DNA of 64,000 bases from an uncultured virus (IMG/VR IMGVR_UViG_3300042261_000720) (Duplodnaviria > Heunggongvirae > Uroviricota > Caudoviricetes). The stretch is taken from IMG/VR virus record IMGVR_UViG_3300042261_000720, one strand, 5' to 3'. This document shows positions 17,667 to 26,809 of this stretch, piece by piece; within the stretch, counting starts at the first letter, position 1, and every line of letters begins with the position of its first letter. The notes under the pieces are model-generated. The model did no database searches. It had not been told where the DNA came from and saw nothing but the letters and a program-made list of their open reading frames with translations. The position numbers and the translations under genes are program-made.

Positions 17667-18695
17667 TCACCCACCAGGTTTCATTTTAACGCCAAGTTTT
17701 TGCTGACGCTTAACATCAGATTGTCTTGCTTTCGCAAGTGCCTGTTGTCTTTGCGCTTCATCTTGCTTTTTATAAGCACCCGCAAATAGTGATCTACCAA
17801 TTCTCTCAAATGGATTGGAAGAAGTTCTAGCAAGAGTGCTTGGATCTGCTGCTCTCTTATAAACTGCCTTACCACCCTTAAATGCAAGATGTCCTACTGC
17901 TTCTTTTCCTTTGGCATCTCTTACAACAGAAGTCTTATCTAGTTGTACCGTTTTTCTTTGCTTACCAACGCCAGTGGATATAAATCCAGTTCCACCTTTA
18001 CCCTTACTAAAGGTAGTCTTACCACCAATACCCGACAAACCGCCACCTGCTTGCGATTGACGCTGCTTCTGTGCCATCGCTGCCTTCTCTTTGCCTGTAG
18101 CACCTGCAACCACCTCAGATGCCTTTCCAGCGAGTCCTGAACCTGCCATATAACCACCGATACCACCAACAACACCACCAACTGCAGTGCCCACTGGACC
18201 GCCCAATGCGGTGCCAATAGCAGCACCACCAGCAGCTCCTGCCTTCATACCTGCTAATCCACCTGCTGCCTTAGTTGCACCCATTGCAAGAGCAGATCTT
18301 GTTCTACGTCCTCTTTGTTTTTGTGCAGCTGCTTCTAATCCAGTATCAAGAGCAAGTTGTACTGGAGTTGCTGCTTTACCAATAAATCCTTTTAGTTTTC
18401 CAAATCTTCCAGCATCCTTTAGTGCTGAAGATCCAAGTTCAGCAGCAGTTTTAACATTCTGTGCTCCTTTAAGAGCTTTTGTCACATTAGCAGCTGTTGA
18501 TGGTTTAGGAGTTGTACCTCTAACTGTCGATCCAGGAACTTTAGTTCTTCTTGCTTTTAATTTTGCTTTTTGAGCAGGACTTAAATCAGTTCTAGCATCA
18601 ATTTCATCAACGCTCATCCCACCCCCAGAAGCGGGAGTACCTGATGCGTCAGTCCATTTATCTGCTTCCGTAATAAATTCCCTAAAAGACTTCAT
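17667..18695 (-). CDS. Putative internal head/virion protein with glycine-zipper segment
   Basis: MKSFREFITEA leader; Gly/Ala/Lys rich; TATAAATA late promoter at 18717-18724. Confidence 0.5.
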   Translation of the reverse strand: MKSFREFITEADKWTDASGTPASGGGMSVDEIDARTDLSPAQKAKLKARRTKVPGSTVRGTTPKPSTAANVTKALKGAQNVKTAAELGSSALKDAGRFGKLKGFIGKAATPVQLALDTGLEAAAQKQRGRRTRSALAMGATKAAGGLAGMKAGAAGGAAIGTALGGPVGTAVGGVVGGIGGYMAGSGLAGKASEVVAGATGKEKAAMAQKQRQSQAGGGLSGIGGKTTFSKGKGGTGFISTGVGKQRKTVQLDKTSVVRDAKGKEAVGHLAFKGGKAVYKRAADPSTLARTSSNPFERIGRSLFAGAYKKQDEAQRQQALAKARQSDVKRQQKLGVKMKPGG

Positions 18696-18740
18696 TATCC
18701 TTAAACACTTTTTAGATATTTATAAAAAACCTCACAGACA

Positions 18741-18774
18741 AAAAAATACCTGGAAAAATTTTTCCAGGTATTTT
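18741..18774. terminator. Palindromic hairpin, probable bidirectional terminator
   Basis: AAAATACCTGGAAAAATTTTTCCAGGTATTTT inverted repeat. Confidence 0.6.
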
Positions 18775-18778
18775 GAAA

Positions 18779-19117
18779 TCACTTTCGCTTTTTGGTTTTG
18801 GGTGCCTGATAACCCCAAGTCTTTGGATTGTATCGCCCATATCCAAAGTCAATACTCTTCAGATTTTCACGAAACTTATCCCAATACATATCAAACAATT
18901 TAGACCTAGTTCCTCGTGTAAGATCAAAACAAGTTTGATCTTCTACAAGATACTTAATAATATAAGCATCATTCGGTGCTTCTTTAGTACAGACATCAGC
19001 ATACGAACCATTCTCAACCATAATCTCACAACCGTAGCGTGATTTACAAGTTTCTTTTTCTGCTGATGTCCAATGATCCATATGCTTTTCCTGTACTTTA
19101 TCAATAACTGAACTCAC
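18779..19117 (-). CDS. Conserved cyanophage hypothetical protein
   Basis: PNDAYIIKY, LFDMYWDKF, GYGRYNPKTWGY. Confidence 0.6.
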   Translation of the reverse strand: MSSVIDKVQEKHMDHWTSAEKETCKSRYGCEIMVENGSYADVCTKEAPNDAYIIKYLVEDQTCFDLTRGTRSKLFDMYWDKFRENLKSIDFGYGRYNPKTWGYQAPKTKKRK

Positions 19118-19725
19118 GAACGATTACCCCATTTAATATCAGGATAAGCCTCAGCAACAATCTCCCTGGTAATTTTATACTTAGATTGCAAGTTCTTATC
19201 TTTTACTAAAATAAGAATCTGTGCTTCGAGTGGATGCAGACCATTGAGGATATTGATAAACATAGTTTCTCTACGAAGAGAACTCAGACTATCGTTACCA
19301 CCCTTTACAAAGTTATAAAACTTTTGGTACTCTTTTCTAATTGTAGATTTTCCTTGATCAGATGCACCAAGAGAACTGGTTCCAAGTTCTCCCATTTTAT
19401 AAACAGCGTCTTCGATTTTGCTGCTCAAGGTCCCACTACTGGTGTTCTGCTCATCCAGACCACCATAAGGAACTTCGCCTGGAGGAAGCACAGAAATAAT
19501 ACTTTCATCAAAGTTCCAAATCAAGAGAGATACCAGTGAAGGATCTCTATATTTTTGCAGTACTTCTACTTTACGAGCATTCGTCCTTTGCTTATCAACA
19601 GCCTGCAAAACTTCAAAAGAAAAAGGATTTGCTGGAAGTTGAGGAATTGGCGCAGGAGTTGCTGCTTTTTTAGTTGTCTTTGGAGTAGTTGTTTTACTCG
19701 TCGTCTTCGGTTTCGTCGTAGTCAT
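19114..19725 (-). CDS. Conserved T4-like phage protein (DUF6433-like)
   Basis: LIWNFDESI, LPPGEVPY, RRETMFINILNGLHP.EA; start re-placed at MTTTKP. Confidence 0.6.
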   Translation of the reverse strand: MTTTKPKTTSKTTTPKTTKKAATPAPIPQLPANPFSFEVLQAVDKQRTNARKVEVLQKYRDPSLVSLLIWNFDESIISVLPPGEVPYGGLDEQNTSSGTLSSKIEDAVYKMGELGTSSLGASDQGKSTIRKEYQKFYNFVKGGNDSLSSLRRETMFINILNGLHPLEAQILILVKDKNLQSKYKITREIVAEAYPDIKWGNRS

Positions 19726-19921
19726 AATCGGTATTTTCAAATCTAAATGCAATCACTTCGTCTGGAATCAAGTTTCCTTGAGAGTCGAACATTTCGGGAT
19801 GAGGTCTAGGAACTTCTCGGTAATTCATCATATATTCTCTCGCTGTCCATCCAGTTATGAGCCCCACTAGAAGAAACAAAATAGTCAGAAAGGATCCAAA
19901 AACTAAACTTACTGCTAACAT
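19694..19921 (-). CDS. Small membrane-anchored hypothetical protein
   Basis: N-terminal TM helix, then HPEMFDSQGNLIPDEVIAFRFEN. Confidence 0.6.
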   Translation of the reverse strand: MLAVSLVFGSFLTILFLLVGLITGWTAREYMMNYREVPRPHPEMFDSQGNLIPDEVIAFRFENTDYDYDETEDDE

Positions 19922-19943
19922 TTTTCTGCCCTCCTTAGGGTTC

Positions 19944-20150
19944 TTATTTTTTAATTCCCAAAGACACTTCAAAATAAAAGTGAATTTCTCTTCGGAAAAA
20001 ATTAAATATTCTTCCAAATTTTATTGCGCGAGTTGTGAACTTCCTTGCTTTGCCTCCAGATAAAATGTAGTCTACACCTCTGTTCGAGATATTGTTATTT
20101 ATGGATGCATCAGACAACTTTTTGTTCTTTAAGGAATTTGATCGTCTCAA
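19944..20150 (-). CDS. Small hypothetical protein (true start uncertain)
   Basis: Fills the gap after glutaredoxin on the coding strand. Confidence 0.4.
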   Translation of the reverse strand: MRRSNSLKNKKLSDASINNNISNRGVDYILSGGKARKFTTRAIKFGRIFNFFRREIHFYFEVSLGIKK

Positions 20151-20346
20151 CAGACCCTCCTAGTTTTTTATCGTCACAAATTACTTGTGGGAAAGTAGAT
20201 CCTTTACCAAACTCAGCATAAAACTCGTCTTTAGTAAAGTGCTCTCCCAAAGTATACACCACAAAGTTACTTCCTGTCAACTCCAATACTTGTTTAACCT
20301 TGTAGCAATATGGGCAATCCTCTTTTGAATATACAGTAAAGTTCAT
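20110..20346 (-). CDS. nrdC: Glutaredoxin
   Basis: CPYC, TFPQV, LGG. Confidence 0.9.
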   Translation of the reverse strand: MNFTVYSKEDCPYCYKVKQVLELTGSNFVVYTLGEHFTKDEFYAEFGKGSTFPQVICDDKKLGGSVETIKFLKEQKVV

Positions 20347-20406
20347 CTTAAAATAAAATTTGTAATATTAATAAATTATAGCATTAAAAAATGCTTCGAA
20401 TATTTA

Positions 20407-21906
20407 TTATACAGTAAATACCTTCCACCCGTAAGTTGATCCAGAATAGACTAATTCAAATGCAGCTCCCTGAATATCGACTGTCATATTATCAGAATCT
20501 CCCTGAATTTTTTGACCATTACGATCAATGGTCAAGTTATTAGTATTAAAGGTATTAGCAAGATCAAAAAATTTAATTGTGTCTCCTTTATAAGGTGCTG
20601 CAGGTAAAGTTAATGTAATAGCAGTCAGTGTAGTATCTATCCACAATCTTTGCCAAGATAATACATTAGCATTTCCTGTGATATCAATATCACTAAAGTT
20701 TCCAGATGAAACCCAAGATATTCCATTATAATATTCTACAATATTATCAGTACTATTATACACCATTGTTCCAGATGCAGTTCCAACACCAGCATTAAGT
20801 CCTGCTGTGGTTGTGGTTCCTAAACCAATTGCACCTTTTTTTATAAATGTATCTCCAACTGTAATACTGGATGCTGAACCAATTGTTACATTTCCAGTAA
20901 GAGTAGAAACACCAGAAACATTTAAATTTGTAGAATTTATTTGAGTAACATTTACCGTAAAAATAGTGTTTAAACCAACTGAATTAATATTACCAGTAAC
21001 ATTACCAGTAAGATTACCAGTAACATTACCAAGTATTCCCCCACTAAAAGTAGAAACTCCAGAAGAGTTTACATTGCCTGTAAGATTTCCAGTGTGAGCT
21101 AACCCAATGACGTTACCAGAAACATTTCCTACAAGATTTCCATAGAAACCATAAGTATCTGTTTGTTGCCCGTATGCAGTTATCGTTGTAGCAACACTGA
21201 CAGATATTTCACTTGGGAAGGCATCTTCGGTTGGATCTGCTGGTAAAGAATATGCGTTAAAAACTAAGTCTTTAATTGATCCTCTAATAATTAAACTTTG
21301 ATTAATACCTAATCCTATTTTTTCAATGAAATAAGTTTCATTTTTTCCTATTGATTTTCCAAAGATTATATAATCTGAGGAAGAGAATTCGGTCACTCCA
21401 CCAGATGAAATACCAACCGAAAAAATTCCAGTATCTGATAAATGATTATTTGTTACAACTAACGTAACTAAAGACTTTCTAGATGATGTAAAAATTGATA
21501 ATGGAGTATTAATTTGAGGTTCACTCAAAGATAATCTTAAAGAATTTTCTTTTCCATAACGTGTCGCAACACCCTGCCTGTACTCCTGAACCCCATATGC
21601 AATAAATCCAATATCAGATTTTGATGATGAACAAAATATAGATTGACTGCTAGAGACACCTACGTTTGTAATTGTAGAGTGTTGTTTTGGTTTTATACGT
21701 TTTCCAACAACAATATAATCTGAATTCCTAATTCCAGACAATCCACCAGTGCAAATGCCAACACTGAACAGAGCATCATCAAGACCTTGATTGGTTACGT
21801 TAATACTTACATTTGTTAGATCACCGTGAGACGTATATAATATTGCAAAAGTATTAATACCAACACTACTCGATGTCTTTAGTGATCCAAGTCTTCCTAT
21901 TGCCAC
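20407..21906 (-). CDS. Virion structural/fibre protein
   Basis: GNVTGNLT repeats; C-terminal DTT..LTLP..P..GD module shared with 36166..39951. Confidence 0.65.
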   Translation of the reverse strand: MAIGRLGSLKTSSSVGINTFAILYTSHGDLTNVSINVTNQGLDDALFSVGICTGGLSGIRNSDYIVVGKRIKPKQHSTITNVGVSSSQSIFCSSSKSDIGFIAYGVQEYRQGVATRYGKENSLRLSLSEPQINTPLSIFTSSRKSLVTLVVTNNHLSDTGIFSVGISSGGVTEFSSSDYIIFGKSIGKNETYFIEKIGLGINQSLIIRGSIKDLVFNAYSLPADPTEDAFPSEISVSVATTITAYGQQTDTYGFYGNLVGNVSGNVIGLAHTGNLTGNVNSSGVSTFSGGILGNVTGNLTGNVTGNINSVGLNTIFTVNVTQINSTNLNVSGVSTLTGNVTIGSASSITVGDTFIKKGAIGLGTTTTAGLNAGVGTASGTMVYNSTDNIVEYYNGISWVSSGNFSDIDITGNANVLSWQRLWIDTTLTAITLTLPAAPYKGDTIKFFDLANTFNTNNLTIDRNGQKIQGDSDNMTVDIQGAAFELVYSGSTYGWKVFTV

Positions 21907-21970
21907 TTATCTATGAATGTCTTTTTTAATATTTATGTGATAGAATACATAGTATAGCATTGGGGTGGTT

Positions 21971-22765
21971 ATGATCCTTCTGACTGGATATAAAGGATTT
22001 ATCGGGCAGCATTTTGTTAGAGATGCATTGTGGAGTCAGCAAGTATATAAAGTTGATATGAGTCATTGCTTTAAATTCCTCGAAGAATTTACGGATTGGG
22101 AAAGAGTTCACCTAATAGTTCATCAAGGAGCAATCTCTAGTACGGTAGAAAAAGACATAAACAAAATTCACACATACAATGTTGACTTCTCAATCAAGTT
22201 ATTTGAGAAAGCAATCGAGTATAATATTCCAGTCAAATATGCATCATCAGCATCTGTTTATGGAAACAAAACTGATGGTAGTGTAAATCCACTTAATTAC
22301 TATGCAATCTCAAAGTTGCAGGTGGATTACTGGGTACAAGATAACATAGACAAGTTTAAAAGTATTCAGGGATTCAGGTACTTTAATGTTTATGGTAATG
22401 GAGAAGAACATAAAAAAGATCAGGCAAGTCCTGTCAGTAAGTTTACCTGGCAAATCAGAGAGAAAGGATATCTAAACCTCTTTGAGGGTTCTGATCAGTT
22501 ATATCGTGATTTTGTTTGTGTAAAAGATTTGACCAGGTTAGTTTTATACAACAATAAACCAAGTGGTATCTACGACATCGGAACAGGTAAGCCAGTATCT
22601 TTCCAACACGTCGCAGAGTGTGTTGCAAAAAAAGAGGGAGGAGACATTCGTTACATCCCCTTCCCTGAGCATCTAGTTGGTAAATATCAAAACTATACTT
22701 GTGCAGATGTGTCCTGGATTCAGGATTATCCTTTCATCAGCATTGAGGAATATCTACAAAGTTGA
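21971..22765 (+). CDS. hldD: ADP-L-glycero-D-manno-heptose-6-epimerase-like SDR
   Basis: TGYKGFIG, HQGAISST, YASSASVYG, PLNYYAISK, RYFNVYG..EEHK..QAS, RDFV. Confidence 0.8.
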   Translation: MILLTGYKGFIGQHFVRDALWSQQVYKVDMSHCFKFLEEFTDWERVHLIVHQGAISSTVEKDINKIHTYNVDFSIKLFEKAIEYNIPVKYASSASVYGNKTDGSVNPLNYYAISKLQVDYWVQDNIDKFKSIQGFRYFNVYGNGEEHKKDQASPVSKFTWQIREKGYLNLFEGSDQLYRDFVCVKDLTRLVLYNNKPSGIYDIGTGKPVSFQHVAECVAKKEGGDIRYIPFPEHLVGKYQNYTCADVSWIQDYPFISIEEYLQS

Positions 22766-23309
22766 CAAAAGCAGTAGCAATATATTTTGGACCAGATATT
22801 GGCACATTTCCTTGATGTGGAAACAAATAATTACAAGGAAATATTAAAACCTTTCCAGTCTTTGGTTTAATTTTTATATTGTGAGATGGAAATTCTGTCT
22901 CACCACCTTCATCAACATCATTCAAATATAAAATCATTGCAAATAATCTAGTAACAGTTCTGCCAGCACATTGATCTACATGCTGACAAAAATGTCCCTC
23001 ATTTTGAGGATAGATTCTAATGGAATAATCTTTAAAGCAAACGTTTTCTGTCGGTCCAGGAACTATTTTTAGATATTCATCATAAGATCTTTTAAACGCT
23101 TCACTAATCAAATCAAACATTGGGTCATCTGGAGAAGGATTTGACTGGATTGCTTTTTTATATTCGAGTAAAACCTTACCAGTATTATTCTGATCAACTG
23201 CACCATCTTTCTGAAGATCTTCATTTAAATGAAACCATTTGATCATTACATCACACCATTCTTTTGGTATGATCTCAAATTCACATACTAAATCAGTTAA
23301 GTTTGTCAC
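22737..23309 (-). CDS. 2OG-Fe(II) prolyl-hydroxylase-like oxygenase
   Basis: HVD, YLNDVDEGGETEF, FP...HQG, KY; probable GTG start; paralogue of 41481..42095. Confidence 0.8.
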   Translation of the reverse strand: MTNLTDLVCEFEIIPKEWCDVMIKWFHLNEDLQKDGAVDQNNTGKVLLEYKKAIQSNPSPDDPMFDLISEAFKRSYDEYLKIVPGPTENVCFKDYSIRIYPQNEGHFCQHVDQCAGRTVTRLFAMILYLNDVDEGGETEFPSHNIKIKPKTGKVLIFPCNYLFPHQGNVPISGPKYIATAFVNFVDIPQC

Positions 23310-23655
23310 CGTCAATAATTCTATAACTATCTTCATCAAAGTGCTGAGTTGAAAACTCAAATACCTCAGCATCTTCTAATCCAACCATTTGATGTCGAAC
23401 TCCACGAGGAACGTGAAATTTATCACCTTTAACAAGGACTATGTGATTAGCATTATCATAATCATCATTCACACCATAGTAAAGACGAATAGCACCAGAC
23501 TGAACATAGAAGGTTTCATCTTTTAGTTTATGATAATGATAAGAGCAGCTTCTATCTTTTAAAATAAAGAGTAATTTACCACAATACTCTTCACTGTTAG
23601 CAATCCATTTTTCATATCCCCAACCTTTGGGAACGTATTTAATTGAAGAATTCAT
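23293..23655 (-). CDS. Cupin, sugar(-phosphate) isomerase-like
   Basis: VPKGWGYEKWI, YCGKLL, SYHYHKLKDETFYV, EFST. Confidence 0.7.
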   Translation of the reverse strand: MNSSIKYVPKGWGYEKWIANSEEYCGKLLFILKDRSCSYHYHKLKDETFYVQSGAIRLYYGVNDDYDNANHIVLVKGDKFHVPRGVRHQMVGLEDAEVFEFSTQHFDEDSYRIIDGDKLN

Positions 23656-23971
23656 TGTCGCTCATTCCTTTATCATCTATGTAGTAGTCGGCGGAAGGTT
23701 TCCCCATATGCAGTTCATGAAACTTACATCCCCAAGAGATCAATTGGTTAAATGTTAACTCATAGAAATCTCTATAAGCGAGCATACGAGAGTTTTTATG
23801 TCTACCCATCCCTCTTGCAGTTAGGTATATGATGTAATTACCCTCGTCATATAACTGATTTATTTTTGCAATTCTTTCTGGTTTTGCAACGCTTGTCTCA
23901 TAGTTACAATCCCCTCTACAAACTGGTTTATCGCAGATTGTACCATCAATGTCTATACAATAGGTTTTCAT
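23639..23971 (-). CDS. Small HAD phosphatase
   Basis: DIDGTI, TARG, GKP, YIDDK. Confidence 0.75.
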   Translation of the reverse strand: MKTYCIDIDGTICDKPVCRGDCNYETSVAKPERIAKINQLYDEGNYIIYLTARGMGRHKNSRMLAYRDFYELTFNQLISWGCKFHELHMGKPSADYYIDDKGMSDNEFFN

Positions 23972-25086
23972 CGTTCTGGACCCAAATACAATGTTTTTAA
24001 TGGATGTTTGGTTGTAGATTTAGTAGCAGCATAATAATCTAACTTTGCAAGACCAATAGCAGTTCCAGCATCTGTTGAGATTGGTTCCACATATAATTTT
24101 ACACCCTTTGGCAAATGCTCAAGGTATTTGTAATTAGCAACACAATTCAAAGCACATCCTCCAGTCAAAACAATATTATTTTCTTCTGTAATCTCCAAAG
24201 TTTTTTTAATAAGATTGATCATATAAGTCTCAAAATCTTCTTGGAGTCTATATGCAAGATTGCAAAAAATTTGTGCTTCTTTTGAGTCTTGTTCTAATGA
24301 ATTAAAATTTTTGATGGATTCAGGATACTTAATATAATTGTATGGAATTAATCGTATTCCATATCTGGTTCTATAAAACAAAGATGTATCTAAAGTCCCA
24401 TCAGGATTTAAAAAAGGTTTAATTTTTTTATCTGGTTTTCCATAGGCAGATAAACCCATTAATTTTCCAGATCCAAAATCACCAAATCCAAAGTAATTAG
24501 ATAATGCATTATAAACCATCCCTATCCCAAAAGTCAAATCATACTTTTGCATTCCACTAAGATAAGTTGGTGTATAATTTTGAGTATGTAAATAAAACAA
24601 ATTTGGATATGAACAACTATAAATGGACTCAACCTCATGAAGATCTTTATAATCATCCAAATCATTTACTGGATTACCCATACCATCAACAACTAAAACA
24701 GCAGATCTAGTAAATCCAGAATTGTAAAATCCACAAGCTGCATGAAAAACATGATGTTGAGTAAATGATTCATACTCAAGTTCGTTTACAAATTCTTTAC
24801 TTTGATACTTATTGTTGAGATTTTTCTTTACTAGTATTGTAGCAGTTTTATAAAATAATTCTGTTTCTTTAGTGTTGTGAGGTTCATATAACGAAGACAT
24901 CTGAATTTTTCTAATATTTTCAGAAATATCAGATTGTGTAAGACTCATATAAGGAAATTCATCATGCTTAGTTCTGGTTAATCTTTCTTCCTCAATAAAC
25001 CAATCAATTTTACCATCAGTCAATTGACAAACTGAGGCATCGTGAGAAACGTGAACTCCTAATGAAGATTTATTTTTCCTCATCAT
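23968..25086 (-). CDS. Carbamoyltransferase, N-terminal (Kae1-like) domain only
   Basis: HDAS, EEERLTRTKH, HHVFHA, VVDGMG, GKLMGLSAYG, GGCALNCVAN, DAGTAIG; ends at LYLGP. Confidence 0.8.
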   Translation of the reverse strand: MMRKNKSSLGVHVSHDASVCQLTDGKIDWFIEEERLTRTKHDEFPYMSLTQSDISENIRKIQMSSLYEPHNTKETELFYKTATILVKKNLNNKYQSKEFVNELEYESFTQHHVFHAACGFYNSGFTRSAVLVVDGMGNPVNDLDDYKDLHEVESIYSCSYPNLFYLHTQNYTPTYLSGMQKYDLTFGIGMVYNALSNYFGFGDFGSGKLMGLSAYGKPDKKIKPFLNPDGTLDTSLFYRTRYGIRLIPYNYIKYPESIKNFNSLEQDSKEAQIFCNLAYRLQEDFETYMINLIKKTLEITEENNIVLTGGCALNCVANYKYLEHLPKGVKLYVEPISTDAGTAIGLAKLDYYAATKSTTKHPLKTLYLGPER

Positions 25087-25859
25087 AGTAAACTCCCAAT
25101 ATCATCAGAAGTTAATGAATAAGTTCCTGGTTGCTGCACAACAATAGAAGCAACTTTATTTGCTAATGATATTGCAGATCCCATATCATTAAATATTAAA
25201 TATCCATAAACTAATCCAGAAAGAAAAGCATCTCCAGCACCAACAACATCATATACATTTACTGATTGTGATGGATAAACATTATTATCGTACATTGCAC
25301 CTTGCGATCCAAGTGTTACAATAAGTTGGGAATCATCTGGTTTAGTTTTTAAACTATCGAATTCTTTCTGGTTGATTTTAAAATAAGTATTTGATTCAGT
25401 ATATAAATCTTTCTTTTTAGTATCAATAAAAACGGGACCATTAAAATTTTGTGATATCAATTTAAGATCATCAATTGATAAAAACCCTTTATTATAATCA
25501 GAAATAACTATAGCATCATATGTGTAGTGTAAAAATGCCGCACGAACTTCAGCATTTTTAATTGGGTTAACTTTAGTGTCGTGGTCAATTCTGAGTAGTT
25601 GATGATTTGATTCTTGATCGACTACTCTTACCTTTTTTATCTCTTCTTTATTTGTAATTAAATTAACGAAACATCCGAATGCTTGTAAATTTTTTTTAAC
25701 ATTGGATGCCATCCCAGAAAAATATTCTTCGTGTCGATACTCAACTACAGGAACAGGTGCTTCTGGACTAATTCGATTTACTTGCCCATATAAGTAAATG
25801 TCTTCACAGGTTTCCCCCATCAATAATATTTTGAATGGTTCTTGTCGTTGCATAGTCAC
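25083..25859 (-). CDS. PfkB-family heptose-7-phosphate kinase (HldE kinase domain)
   Basis: RISPEAPVPV, ISDYNKG, DVVGAGDAF. Confidence 0.8.
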   Translation of the reverse strand: MTMQRQEPFKILLMGETCEDIYLYGQVNRISPEAPVPVVEYRHEEYFSGMASNVKKNLQAFGCFVNLITNKEEIKKVRVVDQESNHQLLRIDHDTKVNPIKNAEVRAAFLHYTYDAIVISDYNKGFLSIDDLKLISQNFNGPVFIDTKKKDLYTESNTYFKINQKEFDSLKTKPDDSQLIVTLGSQGAMYDNNVYPSQSVNVYDVVGAGDAFLSGLVYGYLIFNDMGSAISLANKVASIVVQQPGTYSLTSDDIGSLL

Positions 25860-26214
25860 TTATTCGATCAAAAAATATTAATTTAGAAGCATACATTGAT
25901 CCTATAACAGATTTATCTTTCCAATCGGATCCAACTACCATTATATCAGGTTTGATATTATTAATCAACTGCTCCAATTCTTTATCAGAATCAAAAAGAT
26001 AAACTTCATCAACCGACTTTAAATTCTCAAGAAAAAATTTTCTCTCTTCTTGATTATATATTGGTCTTGTAATTCCTTTCTTTTCTTTTACTCTTATATC
26101 AGTATCAATACCAACATATAAAATATCACCAAGAGATTTTGCATAATTTAATAACTCTAAGTGTCCACGATGTAAAAGATCAAAAGTTCCGTTTACAAAA
26201 ATTTTTTTAGTCAT
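25804..26214 (-). CDS. Heptose-1-phosphate adenylyltransferase-like (HldE NTase domain)
   Basis: NGTFDLLHRGH, KG..RPI, GSDW, terminal ATTRTI. Confidence 0.8.
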   Translation of the reverse strand: MTKKIFVNGTFDLLHRGHLELLNYAKSLGDILYVGIDTDIRVKEKKGITRPIYNQEERKFFLENLKSVDEVYLFDSDKELEQLINNIKPDIMVVGSDWKDKSVIGSMYASKLIFFDRISDYATTRTIQNIIDGGNL

Positions 26215-26809
26215 AAAAATTGTTTTTAATATCCTCAATATTAAGCATAAAACTAAAGACCCATAGAACCCTTTCTTTTTTTCCTACAATCTTATTAACA
26301 CTATGCTCTGCTTTTGATACAATATACATTAATAAATCATTTTCATTAATGTCCCAAGGTGATCCTTGAATATAGGTAACACCTCCACTATCTGGTTTTT
26401 GAGTTATTAAATTGCAATGTACAGTGTAAGTATTTGGAAACCATTCTGGATCTATATGAGGATGAACTGTGCCATTCTCAAAACTAACTTCTGTTATTAT
26501 ACCATCTTTTCCAACTGGAGATATCCCATAATTTTTAAATCCAAAAGTATTAACAATTCTTTGCTGAATAAAATAAGATATTTTTGGATATGTAAAATTA
26601 GAATTAGAGGATATTAAAATATTTCCACTGATGAGGGGAGTTGCAAATCTTGTGGTTAATTTGGTTCTTTCTAATCCATTTGAATCCATTTTTGGATCTA
26701 TAAAATAATCATTACAATAATTAGAAAGAGACCAATCATTCAATATTTTTTTTTCATCATCTGTAATAAAATCTTTAAATGCCCTAACTAAATTCATTTT
26801 ATATTCCAA
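26207..26809 (-). CDS. 2OG-Fe(II) oxygenase-like protein
   Basis: HID, KPDSGG, EHSV, ER.LWVF. Confidence 0.65.
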   Translation of the reverse strand: MEYKMNLVRAFKDFITDDEKKILNDWSLSNYCNDYFIDPKMDSNGLERTKLTTRFATPLISGNILISSNSNFTYPKISYFIQQRIVNTFGFKNYGISPVGKDGIITEVSFENGTVHPHIDPEWFPNTYTVHCNLITQKPDSGGVTYIQGSPWDINENDLLMYIVSKAEHSVNKIVGKKERVLWVFSFMLNIEDIKNNFYD

